From a virus (Duplodnaviria; Caudoviricetes): DNA of 62,171 bases. The translations under genes were made by a program, and so were the position numbers. Position 1 is the stretch's first letter, and every line of letters begins with the position of its first letter. Below are positions 8,904 through 17,703 of this stretch, piece by piece. The DNA is taken from positions 1 to 62,171 of the IMG/VR virus record IMGVR_UViG_3300044613_000656. The stretch is one strand, 5' to 3'. Under the pieces are notes generated by a model that searched no databases, was not told the DNA's origin, and worked only from the letters and a program-made list of their open reading frames with translations.

Positions 8904-9512
8904 ATGGCAACAGTTCAAGCCCCTTACGGGCTACGTCCAATCAATCTGATCGGCGGACAATCATTTACTGGCGGCACAATCCGCAAGTACGCGATGACCA
9001 CGAACAGTGCGACTGGCATTTTCTTTGGTGACGTAGTGAGCATTTCAGATGGACAACCTTCTGCTTTGACTTCTACCCCCACCACTTCCTCTGTTGGTGT
9101 TGTAGGTGTGTGCGTTGGTGTTCAATACACTGACCCCACCCTAAAATACTCGCAGTGGGCACAGTTTCTCCCTGCTAACGCAGTGAATTCTGGATACACC
9201 AACATTTATGTCAGCGTAATTGATGATCCTGATCAGTTGTATCAGGTTCAGGCTGATGGCCCTGTAACCGCTGCTGATATTGGTAACAACGCTGCTTTAG
9301 GCAACTTTAGCAACGGTTCTGTTACTAGCGGTAACAGTAAAGTAAATGTGTCGGCTACTACGGCTAACACTTCTACTTTGGCAGTACGCATCGTTGACCT
9401 AGTTGATGGTGCTCCTACTTTCTCAACACCCGGCGACTTGTTTACGGACTGCATCGTGAAGTTTAACTTCGGTGTACATTCGTACTATCAGTCTGCTGGT
9501 AGCGGCACTTAA
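8904..9512 (+). CDS. Probable capsid decoration/cement protein
   Basis: Beta-rich, PYGLRP, IFFGDVV, DDPDQLY; directly before major capsid; AGGAG SD. Confidence 0.65.
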   Translation: MATVQAPYGLRPINLIGGQSFTGGTIRKYAMTTNSATGIFFGDVVSISDGQPSALTSTPTTSSVGVVGVCVGVQYTDPTLKYSQWAQFLPANAVNSGYTNIYVSVIDDPDQLYQVQADGPVTAADIGNNAALGNFSNGSVTSGNSKVNVSATTANTSTLAVRIVDLVDGAPTFSTPGDLFTDCIVKFNFGVHSYYQSAGSGT

Positions 9513-9523
9513 GGAGATCTTAA

Positions 9524-10441
9524 ATGGCTATTTCACGTTCGCAACTATTAAAAGAACTCCTGCCCGGACTTAATGCTCTGTTTGGTATGGAGTACGCTCG
9601 CTACGGCGAAGAGCATAAAGAAATTTATGCTTCTGAGACTTCTGAGCGTTCGTTTGAAGAAGAAACCAAACTGTCTGGCTTCTCAGCCGCCCCAGTTAAG
9701 TCTGAAGGCGCTGCGATTGCTTATGACAACGCGCAGGAAGCATTTACGGCTCGCTATACGCACGAAACCATTGCTTACGGTTTTGCGATTACTGAAGAGG
9801 CAATTGAGGACAACCTCTATGACTCACTCAGCGCTCGTTATACCAAAGCATTGGCTCGTTCGATGGCTTACACCAAGCAGACCAAGGCTGCTGCCGTTCT
9901 GAACAACGGTTTCACTAACTCCAGCCAGTATTACGGCGGTGATGGTGTGCCTCTGTTCTCAACTCAGCACCCGTTGATCTCTGGTGGTAACAACTCAAAT
10001 CGTCCCACCACTGGTGCCGACCTGAACGAAACTTCGTTGGAAAACGCTGTTATTCAGATTGCTGCTTGGACGGACGAGCGTGGTCTGCTGATTGCTGCAA
10101 AGCCACGTAAGTTGATCGTGCCGCCCGCATTGATGTTCGTTGCAACTCGTTTGCTAGACACAGAACTACGTGTTGGCACGGCTGACAATGACATCAACGC
10201 TCTGAAATTCATGGGTTCTATCCCCGAGGGTTACACAGTTAACCACTTCTTGACGGATACGAACGCATGGTTCTTGACGACAGACGTACCTAACGGAATG
10301 AAGCACTTCGTTCGTACCCCGATGGCAACATCGATGGACGGAGACTTCGACACCGGTAACGTCCGTTACAAGGCTCGTGAGCGTTATTCGTTTGGCTGGT
10401 CTGATCCGCTCGGAATGTTTGGATCACCCGGTTCGTCCTGA
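9524..10441 (+). CDS. Major capsid protein (Mu gpT-like family)
   Basis: MAISRSQLLKELLPGLNALFG, GGDGVPLFSTQHP, PRKLIVPP, YKARERYSFGWSDP; biased codons; strong SD; terminator after. Confidence 0.93.
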   Translation: MAISRSQLLKELLPGLNALFGMEYARYGEEHKEIYASETSERSFEEETKLSGFSAAPVKSEGAAIAYDNAQEAFTARYTHETIAYGFAITEEAIEDNLYDSLSARYTKALARSMAYTKQTKAAAVLNNGFTNSSQYYGGDGVPLFSTQHPLISGGNNSNRPTTGADLNETSLENAVIQIAAWTDERGLLIAAKPRKLIVPPALMFVATRLLDTELRVGTADNDINALKFMGSIPEGYTVNHFLTDTNAWFLTTDVPNGMKHFVRTPMATSMDGDFDTGNVRYKARERYSFGWSDPLGMFGSPGSS

Positions 10442-10446
10442 TGTAA

Positions 10447-10470
10447 AAGGGGGCTTCGGCCCCCTTGTTT
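10447..10470 (+). terminator. Rho-independent terminator after capsid gene
   Basis: AAGGGGGC-TTCG-GCCCCCTT-GTTT. Confidence 0.85.
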
Positions 10471-10473
10471 AAA

Positions 10474-10550
10474 TCTAGGATTTTTACTCTTATCGACTGA
10501 CCTAGCAGACTTAGTAGAGATGATAAGAGGAAGTGCTACTACACGAGAGG
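10474..10550 (+). ncRNA. Pseudoknotted RNA element, likely the Mu-gpT-DE motif
   Basis: CTCTTATC/GATAAGAG stem; loop CCTAG pairs with upstream CTAGG; TAGTAG pairs with downstream CTACTA; lies directly downstream of a gpT-like gene. Confidence 0.6.
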
Positions 10551-10556
10551 ATTATC

Positions 10557-11297
10557 ATGGCACGTACTACTTTTTCAGGCCCAGTTCGGGCTGGTTATCA
10601 AGGCGGAAACGCAAACGCACAAAATCCGATAACTCCCACCACTATTAACGCTGGTGATGTTATTGAAGTTAATCAAGGCACTGGAGCATATGGCTTTTAT
10701 GCTCGTGTCGAACCTACTGTAGGATTTGGCTCAAGCACTTATTTGACTCCGGGTGAGTCTTATGGTGTTTTTGGGCGTAGTCAATCTGGCGCACCATTTG
10801 CAACCCTTCCCAGCACTACGTTTAACCATGTGGCTGGTGTAGTCGGTAACTTTGCGGTGATCGGTACCTATAACAACAATGGTCTGATGGCTGGTGTAAT
10901 GGGTATTATTAATACCAACACCTTATCTGGCGACGCCGCTGTTATGGCGTTTATGGCTGGTGACTCCGGTGTAACTACCGCTCGTTGTGCCTTTGGTGTT
11001 GCAATGGCTCAAACCACTGGTGGTTCAGGCTTTGACTATGGTATTGACCTGAAGATGCAAGATCCGGTCGCTGATGGTGGTGGCCCTTCCAGCGTTATTC
11101 CCTACAAAAAAGCCAACATCCGTATGGAAGATGACGTTGTAATCATGGTCGATGCGGGTGCTCCAGTTAATGGCACTACGGGTGACAACTTTGCTGGTAC
11201 GGGTTCCCTGTATGTTGATTCGTCATCTGGTGTTCTGTATATCAACACGGGTGCTATCTCCAACCCAACTTGGGTTGTTGTTGGTACTCAGACCTAA
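10557..11297 (+). CDS. Virion structural protein (head fibre/decoration-like)
   Basis: MARTTFSGPV start with GAGAGG SD; Gly/Ala beta-rich; GSLYVD..GVLYIN..W C-terminal motif. Confidence 0.7.
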   Translation: MARTTFSGPVRAGYQGGNANAQNPITPTTINAGDVIEVNQGTGAYGFYARVEPTVGFGSSTYLTPGESYGVFGRSQSGAPFATLPSTTFNHVAGVVGNFAVIGTYNNNGLMAGVMGIINTNTLSGDAAVMAFMAGDSGVTTARCAFGVAMAQTTGGSGFDYGIDLKMQDPVADGGGPSSVIPYKKANIRMEDDVVIMVDAGAPVNGTTGDNFAGTGSLYVDSSSGVLYINTGAISNPTWVVVGTQT

Positions 11298-11473
11298 TGC
11301 TGACTCATAAAGACCCAGAGGTTCAGGCAATGCTTGAACTTCTGGAATCCCAACGAGATCATGTTATGGGCCTAGTGGCTGTTCAAGCAAAGCAAATTTT
11401 GGAATTAAAGACCAAACTTGCTAAGTTAGAAACCACAAATACGGAGAACCAAAATGGCAACAATGCAATATGA
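11297..11473 (+). CDS. Small coiled-coil protein
   Basis: TAATG coupling; heptad pattern. Confidence 0.6.
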   Translation: MLTHKDPEVQAMLELLESQRDHVMGLVAVQAKQILELKTKLAKLETTNTENQNGNNAI

Positions 11474-11768
11474 CGTACTAGCGACAAAACCGCTGGGGCT
11501 TACGGGTAACTTTAAAGATCAAGGCAATAACGACATTCCTCGTTGCCGTGTTAAAACCATTTACTGTAAAAATGGTACTGACGCTGGGTCTGTGGTAGTC
11601 CGTGAAGGTGGTTCTGGCGGCAATGTAATTATGACTATAGAAACCTCAGCGGCTAGTAGCGCGGGTTATACGATCATTCCAATTCCCGGTGAAGGCGTTC
11701 TTGCGAAAGAAGGTGCTTTACATGGAACAGTTACTAACACCGCTTCGGTGACTTTGTTCTATGGCTAA
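11454..11768 (+). CDS. Small beta-rich virion protein
   Basis: GGAG SD; IPGEGVL and VTLFYG terminus. Confidence 0.75.
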   Translation: MATMQYDVLATKPLGLTGNFKDQGNNDIPRCRVKTIYCKNGTDAGSVVVREGGSGGNVIMTIETSAASSAGYTIIPIPGEGVLAKEGALHGTVTNTASVTLFYG

Positions 11769-12015
11769 GACTCCTGCGTGGCAACGCAAAGAGGGAAAGA
11801 ACCCAAAAGGTGGGCTAAATGCCAAGGGTAGGGCATCGTATAACGCTGCTAACCCCGGTAAGCCCGGCCTGAAGGCTCCTCAACCAGAAGGTGGCGCTCG
11901 TAAGAAATCTTTCTGTGCCCGGATGACAGGTATGAAAAAGAAACTAACCAGCGCTAAAACCGCTAACGATCCAAACAGCCGTATCAACAAGAGTCTACGG
12001 GCGTGGAAGTGTTGA
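11761..12015 (+). CDS. Small basic protein
   Basis: AWQRKEGKNPKGGLNAKGRASYN...SFCARM...SRINKSLRAWKC. Confidence 0.8.
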   Translation: MAKTPAWQRKEGKNPKGGLNAKGRASYNAANPGKPGLKAPQPEGGARKKSFCARMTGMKKKLTSAKTANDPNSRINKSLRAWKC

Positions 12016-12016
12016 T

Positions 12017-12250
12017 ATGGAGATGATGCTTTGGAATATGGTGTTGACCGTATTGTTGGGTGTCTTAGCCTATATTGGGCACGAAAAGGCATCTGAAATA
12101 CACAGACTCAACATTTTGATTAACAAAACTAGAGAAGAGGTGGCCCGTGATAACGTCACTCAAGCAGAAATGGACAAGTTTGTTGACCACATTGACCAAC
12201 GGTTTAATAAACTTGAAGCAAAAATTGATCTCCTTATGCAGAAGGGATAA
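12017..12250 (+). CDS. Single-TM coiled-coil protein
   Basis: N-terminal hydrophobic helix then IDQRFNKLEAKIDLL. Confidence 0.7.
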   Translation: MEMMLWNMVLTVLLGVLAYIGHEKASEIHRLNILINKTREEVARDNVTQAEMDKFVDHIDQRFNKLEAKIDLLMQKG

Positions 12251-12253
12251 GAA

Positions 12254-12880
12254 ATGAAAAAGATGAAAACTAAGCGTTATCAGGAAGGGATGAGTGTAGA
12301 AGGTGATTACGAGTCCTCTGATGATTACAAAAATCTAATAAGTGCCGCAGCCCGTGAAAAGGCCGATGCAGAAAAATCAGCCACCCCTGCCGCTCCTGCA
12401 AAAGCAGCCTCTTTTGGCGAAGCATTTAAATCTGCTCGTGGTCGTGGCGATAAGACGTTTGAGTACATGGGTAAAAAGTACACAACGGAAATGGCTGGTG
12501 GTAAAAAGGCCCCTGCTGCTAAATCTTTTGCCGACACTCAGGACAGAGAAGCAGGCGCTAGAGTTACTAGAACTGAACGGCAGAACGCATTGTTTGCTGA
12601 AAATAAGCCGAAGAAATCATCTTCGTATGGTGAAGCCGCTCGTTCAGCCCGTACCCTCGGGGATGTTATGAAAGAAGATTTAGAGCGGTCAGCAGCAATA
12701 AGATCAGGCAAAGAAAAAACCCTTGGTACTCGGTTCCAAGAAGGCATGCGTAAATTTGGTCGTGCTTTAGCAACTGGACAGCCGCAAGGTGGGATGAAAA
12801 AAGGCGGAATGGTTGGTTCTGCTTCCAAGCGTGCCGATGGTTGTGCCCAGCGTGGTAAGACTAAAGGACGGATGGTCTAA
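12254..12880 (+). CDS. Basic protein with C-terminal KKGG...ADGCAQRGKTKG tag
   Basis: ORF; tag shared with next three genes; SFGEAFKSAR...KTFEYMGKKYTT module. Confidence 0.8.
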   Translation: MKKMKTKRYQEGMSVEGDYESSDDYKNLISAAAREKADAEKSATPAAPAKAASFGEAFKSARGRGDKTFEYMGKKYTTEMAGGKKAPAAKSFADTQDREAGARVTRTERQNALFAENKPKKSSSYGEAARSARTLGDVMKEDLERSAAIRSGKEKTLGTRFQEGMRKFGRALATGQPQGGMKKGGMVGSASKRADGCAQRGKTKGRMV

Positions 12881-12882
12881 TC

Positions 12883-13140
12883 ATGGCTGATAAACCACCA
12901 GTTGAGGGTCGCACCGCTTACATCAAAAAGAATATGCCGGATGGCGTGTTAAAAAGTATTTTGGTTAAGGGAAGTGAACTTGTTGATGACATGGGTTTTA
13001 CCCAACAGAAAGAGTACGAAGGGAAAACCCGAGAAGAGGTAGCCAAGAAACCCACGCCCGAGAAAAAGCGGGCTGGTGGTTACGTAAAGGCCGCTGATGG
13101 CTGTGTTCAACGGGGTAAGACCAAAGGAAGGATTGTGTAA
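12883..13140 (+). CDS. Small basic protein with RAGG...ADGCVQRGKTKG tag
   Basis: ORF, shared C-terminal motif. Confidence 0.8.
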   Translation: MADKPPVEGRTAYIKKNMPDGVLKSILVKGSELVDDMGFTQQKEYEGKTREEVAKKPTPEKKRAGGYVKAADGCVQRGKTKGRIV

Positions 13141-13391
13141 TGGTTCGTGACCACGATGAAATCTATGATGAACTTTTGGAAGAAGAGGAACGTAAAAGCG
13201 TTCGTGGTCAACAGAAAAAGGGCACGACAGCAAAACCTCCTGAAAAAAATCCTTCACCTAGTGAAGATATAGAGTACCCCACGCCAACGCCAAAAAAGGC
13301 TAAACCTGTAGTCAAGATTGCGGCGTTGCGTAAGGGTGGTTCGATAGATGGCTGTGCCATCAGAGGGAAAACCCGTGCCAGCCACAAGTAA
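13140..13391 (+). CDS. Small protein with RKGG.IDGCAIRGKT tag
   Basis: TAATG coupling, shared C-terminal motif. Confidence 0.75.
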   Translation: MVRDHDEIYDELLEEEERKSVRGQQKKGTTAKPPEKNPSPSEDIEYPTPTPKKAKPVVKIAALRKGGSIDGCAIRGKTRASHK

Positions 13392-13797
13392 GAAACAAGA
13401 AAGATTTATGCAAGCGGTGGCTAATAACCCAAAGTTTGCAAAAAAGGTGGGCGTACCAACGTCCGTAGGCAAAGAGTTCACTAAAAAGGAAGGTGGAGTC
13501 ATGAAAGAGTCAAAGGCAATGATGAAGAAAGAAGTTTCCTTCATGAAGAAAAAAGGCGCTCCCAAGTCCATGCTCAAGCATGAGATGAAAGAAGCCGGTA
13601 TGAAGAAGATGCGTGCTGGTGGTATGCCGATGGGGCCAGATGGCAAACCCACTTTTGTTGGTGACGGTAAAGGCAAAATGAGATCTGGTGGTCTGGCTGG
13701 TGGTCACAAGTCCGCTGACGGTGTTGCTTCCAAGGGCAAGACTAAAGGCAAGACGGTCAAAATGGCTGGCGGCGGGATGCGCGGCGGGAAGTGCTAA
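13375..13797 (+). CDS. Lys/Met-rich protein with several MxxGG repeats and ADGVASKGKTKG tag
   Basis: ORF track 13348; GTG at 13375 follows GAGGG SD. Confidence 0.8.
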   Translation: MPATSKKQERFMQAVANNPKFAKKVGVPTSVGKEFTKKEGGVMKESKAMMKKEVSFMKKKGAPKSMLKHEMKEAGMKKMRAGGMPMGPDGKPTFVGDGKGKMRSGGLAGGHKSADGVASKGKTKGKTVKMAGGGMRGGKC

Positions 13798-14076
13798 ATG
13801 AGACCGAGCCGGGGCATGGGGGCCATGAACCCCTCTAAGATGCCGAAAGCCAAGACGATCAAGCGGAAAGACAAACCGCAAGACGTTGAAATGTTTGCCA
13901 AAGGTGGTGAGTCTCGGGTTAACGAGGCTGGCAATTACACCAAACCCGGCATGCGTAAGTCTATATTTGAGCGCATCAAGGCTGGCGGCAAGGGGGGTGC
14001 TCCGGGTCAATGGAGTGCCCGTAAGGCTCAAATGCTGGCTATGCAGTATAAAAAGTCTGGTGGAGGCTATAAGTAA
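13798..14076 (+). CDS. Small basic protein (DUF5872-like first half)
   Basis: NYTKP...KGGAPGQWSARKAQMLAMQYKKSGGGYK. Confidence 0.75.
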   Translation: MRPSRGMGAMNPSKMPKAKTIKRKDKPQDVEMFAKGGESRVNEAGNYTKPGMRKSIFERIKAGGKGGAPGQWSARKAQMLAMQYKKSGGGYK

Positions 14077-14429
14077 TGGCTTGGTCAGAAAAGTACAAAC
14101 GCTCTATTGACTGCGATAGTCCCAAAGGCTTTTCGCAAAAAGCGCATTGTGCTGGTCGAAAGAAAAAAATGGCCGGTGGCGGCCTAGCCAAGCCTCAGCA
14201 AAGTCTCAAAGACTGGACTGCTCAAAAGTGGAGAACTAAGAGTGGCAAACCTTCTACGCAAGGATCGAAGGCGACAGGGGAACGGTATCTTCCCTCTGCT
14301 GCAATCAAAGCGTTATCCCCCCAAGAATATGCCGCAACAACCCGAGCCAAGCGTGCAGGGAAAGCCAAGGGAAAACAATTTGTGGCACAGCCTAAGAACG
14401 TGGCTAAAAAGACTGCTGGGTATAGGTAA
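14076..14429 (+). CDS. Small basic protein (DUF5872-like second half)
   Basis: QQSLKDWTAQKWRTKSGK...GERYLP...KQFVAQP preceded by a WSEKYKRSIDC...HCAGRKKK module. Confidence 0.75.
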   Translation: MAWSEKYKRSIDCDSPKGFSQKAHCAGRKKKMAGGGLAKPQQSLKDWTAQKWRTKSGKPSTQGSKATGERYLPSAAIKALSPQEYAATTRAKRAGKAKGKQFVAQPKNVAKKTAGYR

Positions 14430-14434
14430 AAATA

Positions 14435-15382
14435 ATGAGCACAACAACCGGAACCGAACTGTTTAACCTAAACCTCAATGACCTCATTGAGGAGGCGTTT
14501 GAGCGTGCCGGTTCAGAGGTGCGTTCGGGCTATAACGTCCGCACGGCTAGAAGAAGTTTAAATCTGTTGACTATCGAGTGGTCTAACCGGGGCGTAAATC
14601 TTTGGACGATTGAAGAGGGGCAGATCCCGCTCGTTCAAGGGCAGGTAACTTATCCCCTGCCGGTAGACACAATTGACTTGATAGAGCACGTAGTTCGGAC
14701 TAATAACGGGGTGCAGTCTACGCAGACGGATATTAATATCACCCGGATCTCGGTCTCAACTTATGCAACTATCCCTAACAAAATTACACAAGGCCGACCC
14801 ATTCAGGTATGGGTGGATCGTCAGTCTGGAAGTGTTGGAAAGACAGGGTTAACCCTAGCATCAAATATTGTCGCTGCCGACACAACCATTACTCTGTCTT
14901 CGACGCTTGGCTTACCAGCCACGGGTTATGTGACGATTGGTGCTGAAACAATCAACTACACGAATACGACCTCGACTCAACTGCTAAATTGTCTGCGTGG
15001 TCAAAATGGAACCACCGCAGCCTCCCATACGGCTGGGGCTACAGTTACTGCACCTGAACTGCCAAATATCAATGTGTGGCCTGCCCCAGATCAAGGTACG
15101 GCGGCTAGTCCTGTCTATACCTTTGTTTACTGGCGTTTACGCCGGATTCAGGATGCGGGTAATGGCATCAATACCCAAGATATTCCGTTCCGTCTACTGC
15201 CCTGTATGGTGGCTGGGCTGGCCTATTACATAGCCATGAAGATCCCTGAAGGGGCGGCACGGTTAGATATGCTGAAAATGGCATATGAGGAACAATGGAT
15301 GTTGGCCTCTGGTGAAGATCGTGAAAAGGCGTCTGTTAGATTTGTGCCGCGCAATATGTTTGTGACAGGTGGCGGCTATTAA
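14435..15382 (+). CDS. Probable head-tail adaptor protein with inserted beta domain
   Basis: LIEEAFER, ARRSLNLL..EWSNRG.NLW, GLAYYIA; Thr-rich insert with LRGQNGTTAASH. Confidence 0.7.
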   Translation: MSTTTGTELFNLNLNDLIEEAFERAGSEVRSGYNVRTARRSLNLLTIEWSNRGVNLWTIEEGQIPLVQGQVTYPLPVDTIDLIEHVVRTNNGVQSTQTDINITRISVSTYATIPNKITQGRPIQVWVDRQSGSVGKTGLTLASNIVAADTTITLSSTLGLPATGYVTIGAETINYTNTTSTQLLNCLRGQNGTTAASHTAGATVTAPELPNINVWPAPDQGTAASPVYTFVYWRLRRIQDAGNGINTQDIPFRLLPCMVAGLAYYIAMKIPEGAARLDMLKMAYEEQWMLASGEDREKASVRFVPRNMFVTGGGY

Positions 15383-15810
15383 TGGGCAACAAGTTTTCCT
15401 CTGGCAAGTTTTCGATCTCCCAGTGTGATCGGTGTGGGTTTCGGTTCAAACTAAAAGATCTTAGACGGCTAGTTATAAAGACCAAAAACGTAGATATTAA
15501 GGTTTGTCATGAATGTTGGGAGCCAGATCAGCCGCAGTTACAACTTGGAATGTATCCGGTTTATGACCCACAAGCCGTTCGTGAGCCTCGTCCTGATACT
15601 ACGTACTTTCAAGCGGGTCTTAATGGTTTGGAAACAAACCCCGATGGTGGCCCAACTGAAGCGGGTTATGGCGTGCCGACACAGGGCAGTAGGATTGTCG
15701 CGTGGGGGTGGAACCCGGTAGGATTCTATAACCCTCTACTTCTCCCATTCCAACAGAATTTTCTGGTGGCAGACGGGGAGGTAGGGACTGTAACTGTAAC
15801 AACTACATAG
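15382..15810 (+). CDS. Zn-finger virion-region protein
   Basis: CDRC...CHEC, DPQAVREPRPD, C-terminal GEVGTVTVTTT. Confidence 0.75.
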   Translation: MGNKFSSGKFSISQCDRCGFRFKLKDLRRLVIKTKNVDIKVCHECWEPDQPQLQLGMYPVYDPQAVREPRPDTTYFQAGLNGLETNPDGGPTEAGYGVPTQGSRIVAWGWNPVGFYNPLLLPFQQNFLVADGEVGTVTVTTT

Positions 15811-15819
15811 GAGTTGAAG

Positions 15820-16011
15820 ATGGAAAAGACAGCAATGAAAAGGGTGGCTAGGGCCGAAGTTAAGTCACACGAGAAAAAAATGCACGGGGTAAAGAAGATG
15901 CGGGCTGGTGGTAAAACCAACGCCGACATGATGAAATATGGTCGGAACATGGCTAAAGTTATGAACCAGCGCAGCCCGATGCGTGCGCCGTCTAAAAAGA
16001 CAGGGATCTAA
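15820..16011 (+). CDS. Small basic protein with KKMRAGG motif
   Basis: AGGAG SD; HEKKMH and MRAGG motifs. Confidence 0.7.
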   Translation: MEKTAMKRVARAEVKSHEKKMHGVKKMRAGGKTNADMMKYGRNMAKVMNQRSPMRAPSKKTGI

Positions 16012-16013
16012 TC

Positions 16014-16223
16014 ATGGCAAAAGATGACAACAAGTACGTTAAGCCCCAAAAAGACAAGCCGGGGTCAAGCGCAGTAGCCAAGGGCAGTATTGCCGTAAAA
16101 GGTAATGAGGCGTCTTTTGGTTTTAACGGCTACCCCAATGCCATCCCAAGCACTCAGACTGTAAAGACTCGGGGTACGGGCGCGGCTACTAAAGGCACTA
16201 ACTCCAGCACAAAGTTGGGATAA
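16014..16223 (+). CDS. Small basic protein
   Basis: C-terminal KTRGTGAATKG, resembles the RxxGxAxRG tag. Confidence 0.7.
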   Translation: MAKDDNKYVKPQKDKPGSSAVAKGSIAVKGNEASFGFNGYPNAIPSTQTVKTRGTGAATKGTNSSTKLG

Positions 16224-16901
16224 ATGAACTACTCGACGCTATTTCAGACTATTCAGGCGTATTGTGAAAACGACTTTCCAGATACGGTAGTCGCAACCAC
16301 AACGGCTTCGACGACATCTTTTCTCACTAAAGATCAGATTGACACGTTTATCCGGCAGGCTGAACAAAGGATCTTTAATAGCGTTCAACTTCCAGTTGCC
16401 CGGGAAAACGTGACAGGAAACTGTACGGCTAATAACAGATTCTTAACTACTCCCACAGACTGGCTTGCTACGTTCTCGTTGGCTCGGATTGATCCAAGTG
16501 GCTCACAGGAATACCTGCTAAACAAGGATGTTGAGTTTATTCGAGAGTCTTTTCCAAGTCCTACCGATACAGGTGCTCCCACTCACTACGCTATTTTTGA
16601 CGAGAACACATTTATCTTAGGGCCGACCCCCGATGCGGATTACAACATGGAGTTGCATTACTACGCATATCCACCGTCTATTGTCACATCTGGCACGACT
16701 TGGCTTGGCACCAACTTTGACTCTGCCCTACTGTACGGTTCCCTGCTTGAAGCGTATACCTTTATGAAGGGTGAGAAGGATGTTAACGATACTTACATAT
16801 CCCGTTACAATGAAGCACTTGCCATGTTGAAACAACTTGGTGAAGGCAAAGACCGTCAAGATATGTATAGAACTGAACAAGCGAGGTATCCAGTTAGATG
16901 A
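16224..16901 (+). CDS. Probable adaptor/tail tubular protein
   Basis: FIRQAEQRI, GAPTHYA, LGPTPD..Y.MELHYY, ALLYGSLLEA. Confidence 0.7.
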   Translation: MNYSTLFQTIQAYCENDFPDTVVATTTASTTSFLTKDQIDTFIRQAEQRIFNSVQLPVARENVTGNCTANNRFLTTPTDWLATFSLARIDPSGSQEYLLNKDVEFIRESFPSPTDTGAPTHYAIFDENTFILGPTPDADYNMELHYYAYPPSIVTSGTTWLGTNFDSALLYGSLLEAYTFMKGEKDVNDTYISRYNEALAMLKQLGEGKDRQDMYRTEQARYPVR

Positions 16902-17194
16902 GCACAATGAGCGAAGTAGCCTTCCTTTTAGGAGGCTCAAATGTCAAAGTTCTTACAACGCAAGGTCGAGGGTTTACCCCCGAGGAAGTTGCAGAACGAG
17001 CGCTAGACAAAATTATTTCTGTAGGTTCTCAGACGCATCCTGCCATTCGGGATCAGGCAGAGGCGTTTAGAAATCAAATCCGTCAGGTTTTGGTGTTTTA
17101 TATGAAGGAAGCCATTAAGTCGCACCATACGACGTTGGCTATCAAGTTCAGGAAAGCAGGACATCCTGAGTTTATTAAACTTTTAGATGAGTAA
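16898..17194 (+). CDS. Hypothetical tail-region protein
   Basis: ATGA coupling; GFTPEEVAERALDKII, HPAIRDQAEAF. Confidence 0.75.
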   Translation: MSTMSEVAFLLGGSNVKVLTTQGRGFTPEEVAERALDKIISVGSQTHPAIRDQAEAFRNQIRQVLVFYMKEAIKSHHTTLAIKFRKAGHPEFIKLLDE

Positions 17195-17205
17195 AGGAGC
17201 CACAA

Positions 17206-17694
17206 ATGGCGATTACCCAAGCGATGACCACCTCTTTCAAAGCAGAACTTCTGCTTGGTGTTCATGATTTCCGTCCGTCTGCTGATGCTGGTGCAGACAC
17301 GTTTAAACTCGCTCTGTATACATCCTCAGCAACTCTGGATGCAAATACAACTGCTTACACCGCTTCTAACGAAGTTGGTACTTCCGGTACTAACTATTCG
17401 GCTGGCGGTCAGGCTTTGACCAACACGGGTGTAGGCACAACCAACATTAACGCCAACACTGGTACAGGCTTTACTGACTTTTCTGATGAGACATTCACGA
17501 ACGCCAACTTCACGGCTCGTGGTGCGCTGATTTATAACAGCACTCCTTCGGCAAACAGCAACGCTAATACCACGCTGACCAATGCATCGGTCTGTGTGTT
17601 GGACTTTGGTGCAGACAAAACGGCTTCGGACGGTGACTTCACCATCATCTTCCCAACCAATGATGCATCAAATGCGATTATCCGCATCGCCTAA
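17206..17694 (+). CDS. Small structural protein (fibre/tail subunit)
   Basis: AAGGAG SD, biased codons; FKLALYT, YSAGG, ARGALIYN, VLDFG.DK. Confidence 0.8.
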   Translation: MAITQAMTTSFKAELLLGVHDFRPSADAGADTFKLALYTSSATLDANTTAYTASNEVGTSGTNYSAGGQALTNTGVGTTNINANTGTGFTDFSDETFTNANFTARGALIYNSTPSANSNANTTLTNASVCVLDFGADKTASDGDFTIIFPTNDASNAIIRIA

Positions 17695-17703
17695 GAGTCT
17701 TAG

